From Perkinsus olseni (lineage: Eukaryota), in contig JABANN010000098.1 in NCBI GenBank assembly GCA_013115125.1, forward strand, positions 1 through 64,000: a stretch of DNA of 64,000 nt, given 5' to 3'. The notes beneath the pieces are model-generated. The model saw nothing but the letters and a program-made list of their open reading frames with translations. It did not search any database and was not told the DNA's origin. Numbering within the stretch: the stretch's first letter is position 1; each line of letters begins with the position of its first letter. Shown here piece by piece: positions 58,660 through 64,000 of this stretch. The translations under genes and the position numbers were made by a program.

Positions 58660-61600
58660 CTTACCGCACTGGTTGCCGGTGTAGTACTGGAAGTGATACG
58701 AGTTGCGAAAGGAGTGGTATTGACGAGCTCACCCAAAATCCCTTGTCTTTTCTATAGTCGCCAGTCAGGATCATCTTCAGCATCTCCCGACGGCCTCCAG
58801 CAGTCGAAGTCACACAGTGGACGGCAGAGTTGGGTCGGACCAGCGTCACTAAGGGAGCCCTCATGAAAAAAGGCGGAGCGAAGCAAGAGATGCCAACATC
58901 ATATTTTCTATATCCATTGCAAGAGAACGAAATGGAGAAGCACTAGCTTATACGCCCTCCCGTAAAAAAAGGCGGAGCGAAGCTCTAAACAATTCCTCGA
59001 TATTCATCGCAAGAGAGTGGAGAAAAGAGGTGTCTGGCTGCTTTGTTACTCAGCGGACAGCACATGGTAATCGATAACGGCAAAATTCTTACCGGAGTTG
59101 GCCGTAGTACGGACAGAGCGTTTCTCGCCGTTCTTGGCAGTCCAAGTAAATTCACACTTCGACTCGGGTGAATTGGATACCGTAACAACGACCTCCCAAT
59201 CAAGCTCCATCGTCTTGTACATCTGCAGATCCGAGTGGCACGGCATACCTGAACAGCCGCGCATGCAGGAAATCTGAGACACAGTATGTCGACATGATGT
59301 GGAATACACGCATGGACTAAACGACAAACAAAATTTTATGGTGATGGATAACAGAGGGCGAGGAAGCAGAGTCCAAGGCGAATCAGAGGATAGCAAAGAA
59401 GACAAGCACGGAATTCGGGCTCGAGTACGCAGATCGTTTTCGCGCGCATGCTGCGACCTACGCAGTCGACGAAGCAGAGGATCCGGAAATTCAGTAAACA
59501 CCTCGATTCGATAAACCGCGGAATTACAGGGGACCCGCACGAGCCGAGCCAGTCAAGGCTCCGATGAGCTCCTAAAGGTAAACGGTTATATCTCAATTCC
59601 AGCGTCCAAGAGCTCCCTTCAGAGGATGCCTCAGGTCTCAGTCCCCTACGGCCGTATGATACCATCCGTAGGCTCAGTCCGAGACTCGGAAATTCTCGAA
59701 AAACTCCCAAGCCGTCGACTGAAAGTCGAAACACAATTCGAAGCTTCAATGCTTATAACTAGGCGGCAAAACTGAGTACCATACGCTGTGTAAACGCATT
59801 CTTCTCTCACAGCGCCGCGTCACAGAACTCCCGCAAGGCGAGCTCAGGGCAGCTTGACTCCATAAAATAATAAAACACGTTCTTCGGTAAAACTGCCGCT
59901 AGGAATAACTCGTCGGCCATACGTTCACAACAGCCTGTTGACTCCGATGCACGGGAACATTGGGCGGACTCGAGTGCCCGCGATAGGGTAGTATTTGGTG
60001 ACTGCAACTTCCGAATTCATGCTACCCGGCTCAGGCTGAACCCAGACTAACTTCCCCTTCTCAAAGAATGTGAGTAACGAAGCGATTGGTACGCCATTCG
60101 AATAGTCTTTGAGCTTAACCAAACGCACGCAGCTGTCGTAGATGTCGTAGATGTAGGCACCGCGGGCAGGATCGAACACGTCTGTGATCCAGAATGTAGT
60201 CTCTCGAGTACTGTCTACCACCAGGCCGTTGAAGTTGCTGCTGCAAGCCGCGAAGGAGCACGTATATCCGGAGCCACCCGGGAGAAGCTGCTTTATTCTG
60301 GGCCATAGTCGTCGCGAGCGTTTATTCCCACTTTAGCATTTATTGGGCTCGTGAACTTAGAGTGGTCTCGGCAAGCACGAAGGCCCGCCCCGGGCCTTCC
60401 CAACTTCGTTGCCCTCTAACTCCACCACAAACCTTGCCAGTATTCGGCACAGCAACAGCGTGATTCATATAGAATGGACGTCAGCGAGCCCTCGCGCCCC
60501 ATCACTCCGCCGTTTGAAACCCCTTCAAATAAATACGCCACCAGGGCGCTATTGTCGACAGTAGAGGAATTCAACCACTTTATTCGATTTGTGTTTGGAT
60601 AATCCGCTGACAAACGTCCACGAGCTTCCAGCCAGTTCTCGCTCGCTGGACTATGAGTTTACGGCAAGGCCCTAAACTTCTTATCTTCATACGATAAGCG
60701 AACCCACCCTGCACTAAGGCTGACCGCTGGTAGGAGATGGTCCATATTCCATAAAACCTACTTACGACTCGAATGTTTCGAGGCGACCAAAAAATCGGAC
60801 TCCGGGACTAAATCGATCGTTCGAAGGAGAGAGGGAATTTTCGGAGCGGTTACGCGACTGCGAGGCGCGTCAAAATAAACTGCAAAACAGAGAAATAAAA
60901 TGCCGGAGGACAACGATATCACACAGTGTGCCCGATTCACACTCACCTCCACTGCGTCTTCCATATTCCCTCAATTCCATCGGGAAATCAGCTCCCCATA
61001 ATGCACCAGCTTTCGTCACCTGGCGAAGATCTCATCCGATTATCATCTTGCTTTCCGGGCACGCCTTATTCGAAAGAATGCACAACAAAAGCAAGCGCCC
61101 GAGTATAGAATGGAAAGACGTTCGTGAATCCTGACCAGTGAAGCAATAAAAACGCACATTGCAAGCGGACCCGCAGATCCACTCGTACAGTTAGGCCCCA
61201 ACAGTTGGGATCCAACTGCCCCCGAAGCCATCAATAACGCCATGCACCCTTAGACTAATGGCATGGTCAGCAGCAATCCACATCCTGGCAGGATGTGGCA
61301 GGATGATCCTGCCACATCGGCTGCCTTTTCCTTACCAAAGATGCCCATAGCCTAAAATTACTCCCAAATATTAAACGATACAACTCCGACTTGTAACCAA
61401 CGTATCTGCCAAAGGCTGGGCTTAACAAGCAGGAGAGGTTTCTGGAGAAGCTAATAGCTTCTGATAGCTTCAAGCTATCTAATCTTCCCTTCACTCAGCT
61501 CTGCATCTCAGAGCCCAGATAGATGGACACGGAATTAACGGACACTATTATCTCCCAACTGTGCGTGTATGTAGTATAGTACACTGCAATTATGTAGCAA

Positions 61601-63340
61601 ACCCCGCAGTCAACGTTTTTCCACGTCTTTTTTTCACAGAAACTCGAATGAGTCAAAAAGATTCGGGGAATATTTCGGCCCATTCTGAATCTTTCCAATG
61701 CGATATATCCAGAAGCACTTCCGCTCCGAGTCGGAGCCTCCCGCAAAAGAATGCTCCGAGCCTCGGAGTACGAGGCCGTTGAAGCTTCTTGCCGATCATA
61801 CTCACCCGCCCATCCTATGAGTGCCGTCCAAATTGCAGTTCGCCTCCATACCGGACGTCTTGTTCTCACCAACTCTCCATAGTCGCTCTGCCTCCAACAG
61901 AATCTACGATGATAATCTCCCACAATCTTCATTTATCCAGGTATGTCTGGATACCAAAAGAGCACCGTTGCCGTAATACCGTGTGACGGATGAACCCAGT
62001 TGATGTAGCTAGTTCGCTGAGAGGCTGCCAGAGAAACGCCCAGACGGTCGGCTTACTTCCTGGAAGGTCTCTGCCGTGTAAGCATCCGGGGTATAAACTG
62101 CGTAGTCGTTCTTCAGAAGATCCTCATGCAGCCTCTCCAAGGCCTCAGGAGATGTATGCTCGGGGGCGATACCAGACAGCCGACCCGAGGCTAGTTTAAG
62201 TTGTGCACGGGTGTAGTAGTCGGGGTAAATATCGGACGACCTGACGACACGAAGGATAGAGTTGCGAAGATACTCAATTGCGTCACTGCGCCACGAAATT
62301 CAGTAACCTACCCTTTCCCCGCTTCCGGATCCACTGTCGGGATATCGCAGGGGACGGAGTTGAGTCTCGCTGTTGTGAGGGGTTTATTCAGGGGATCGCG
62401 GAGTATGGTGTACCTACAGATTGTATCCTCCAGCATGATCCTGTTGGGCGGGCGATGGGGCCAGAGTGGCCCGGCCACTGGTTTACAAACTTCGACATTA
62501 CTCAACTCAGATTCTTTTCTGATTGCTGTTGAGTTTCGGTTGGGTAATGACCGTTTTAACCCGCGTCGAAACGTTTCTATTTTGTCTCACACTTACCCTT
62601 TCTCCTGTCCACATTCATGTAGGCGGCTGTATCCATACAAGCTAATATCTCCGCTACTCGCAAGGACAAAGCCCGCGTCATGAGAAGCCGCCGCGACGCC
62701 TATCGCCACCTGATAAAAAAATATCACTCTTCAGCTTCGCTCCGCTAAAATTAGCGCGATTATGGCACTCACTTTGCCTTGGGAAACGAGAGCTCCTTCG
62801 AAGGCGCTTTTCGCATCTTGCGCAAGGCGCTTCGAGGAGGCTAGAACCCACCTGGGAGACACCCCGCTCGACTGGACCTGTGCCAAAAAATGCCCCCCTT
62901 GGGTTCGAACCTGCAACCTACCTTAGCAAGTTCCTTCTTTGCCTTGACAACTACTCCAATATCAGCCCTCCCTCGGAGTTGATCACGAAGAGTAACAAAG
63001 TCATCAGCTCGGGCGAATATAACACCAGCCGAGCAGTCAGCAATATCAACTTGTGGCGAATCCACATAGCACGGAAGGGCCCTGCAAGGTGAAGCACATC
63101 ATACTGTTGACTTCCCATGAGGAAATCTTTCCAGTGCGCGCCCCCGATGAAACGAGCTCGCACCTCGACTGGAACAGACGAACACTCGCCATGGTGATGC
63201 TCACTGTGGATCATCTGTCAAAGGTTGATCGCTGCTGGCATCATCCAAGAATGGCCCGAGTGGGGATTCTCCAAAATCATCCAGAAAAATTTTGATGTCG
63301 TCCCGAAATTGATGAGTCAAAACGTTCAATGTGAACCTGA
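58660..63340 (-). CDS. Hypothetical multi-exon protein(s); boundaries approximate
   Basis: Minus-strand GT-AG-bounded segments: FTLNVLTHQFRDDIKIFLDDF, ALPCYVDSPQVDIADCSAGVIFARADDF, VCKPVAGPLWPHRPPNRIMLEDTIC, TTFWITDVFDPARGAYIYDIYDS, MLKMILTGDYRKDKGFW. May be one gene or two. Confidence 0.4.
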
Positions 63341-64000
63341 TCGCAGAACACGAGTTGACTCTTGTATATCTTGCAACATCTCGCACTTCCTCAACCCATT
63401 TACAAGTAATTTTTGAAACGGGATTATACGTATGAACTGCTCAGGATATCGCGAGCTTCCAGAACTGTCGGAAATTTCGAGAAAATGTTGCGTGGAAAAT
63501 GGAGTTCCGAATTAAACGCCGACGTTACCACCGCGTACCGGGTTCGCTCAGATTCACCGTTATCAGGCCTCGGCGACTTTATACTCTAGAGTCTCGATCG
63601 AGCATGAGACAGCTCTCACAACACCACATCAAAACAGGGCAGTAACGCAACCCATGATGCAAAAGTTTTCAACTAAATTGCTGCTCTCCGTCGCAGAGTG
63701 AACTTCACTTTTTCGCATAGTCTAGGAAGAAGTGCCCGACCGTGTTTCCGGCGATCAATCTTCCACTGTGGAGCGGCTCTCGTGACAATTAGCCAAGCAC
63801 TGTGAGCTGCACTCGAAGGTTCCGCGAACACAGTGTTCGGGGACTCCCCGAACGGTCAGAGGCCATCAGTCACTATCCTGCGATCGCAGACTCATTCGCG
63901 GCCAGATTCGTGAACCCTTCTCGAACCTGGCAAGTCTCTGAATCGTCCTCGTAGTATCGGATCATCATAGCGAACTGTTCTATATCTGAACTGTCTGGCG

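Noticed and set aside
1-64000. Perkinsus/dinoflagellate spliced-leader sequence or relic (CCGTAGCCAT...GGCTCAAG)
   Set aside because: No convincing match seen by eye. An exact or fuzzy search on both strands would be needed to exclude it fully.

Overview
Eukaryotic, intron-rich DNA of about 50% GC with many short GT-AG introns. The gene structure and gene families suggest a Perkinsus-like alveolate (inference only). Most ORF-track entries are exon fragments or antisense noise, so I spliced the gene models by eye. From left to right the window holds: (1) a divergent sphingosine/diacylglycerol-kinase-family gene; (2) a small secreted protein; (3) a nested hAT cluster, with a 510-bp MITE (perfect 8-bp TSD) beside a truncated BED-finger hAT transposase; (4) a 5'-truncated 479-codon ORF and an intronless S8 subtilisin; (5) three tandem metacaspases with an unusual layout of UBA/CUE-like domain, CxxC..CxxC zinc finger, Pro/Gln linker, C14 domain and Gly-zipper/basic tail, with a gene-conversion tract between copies 1 and 2; (6) several hypothetical genes; (7) three decayed LTR-retrotransposon integrase cores; (8) a divergent EF-1alpha-like GTPase, a WBP4/FBP21-like U1-type zinc-finger gene and a WD40 gene. 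Dispersed short repeats, long perfect palindromes and two recurrent non-coding 12-15-mers are also present. The best candidate for an undescribed system is the putative ubiquitin-binding metacaspase triplet. No tRNA, rRNA or CRISPR array was seen.
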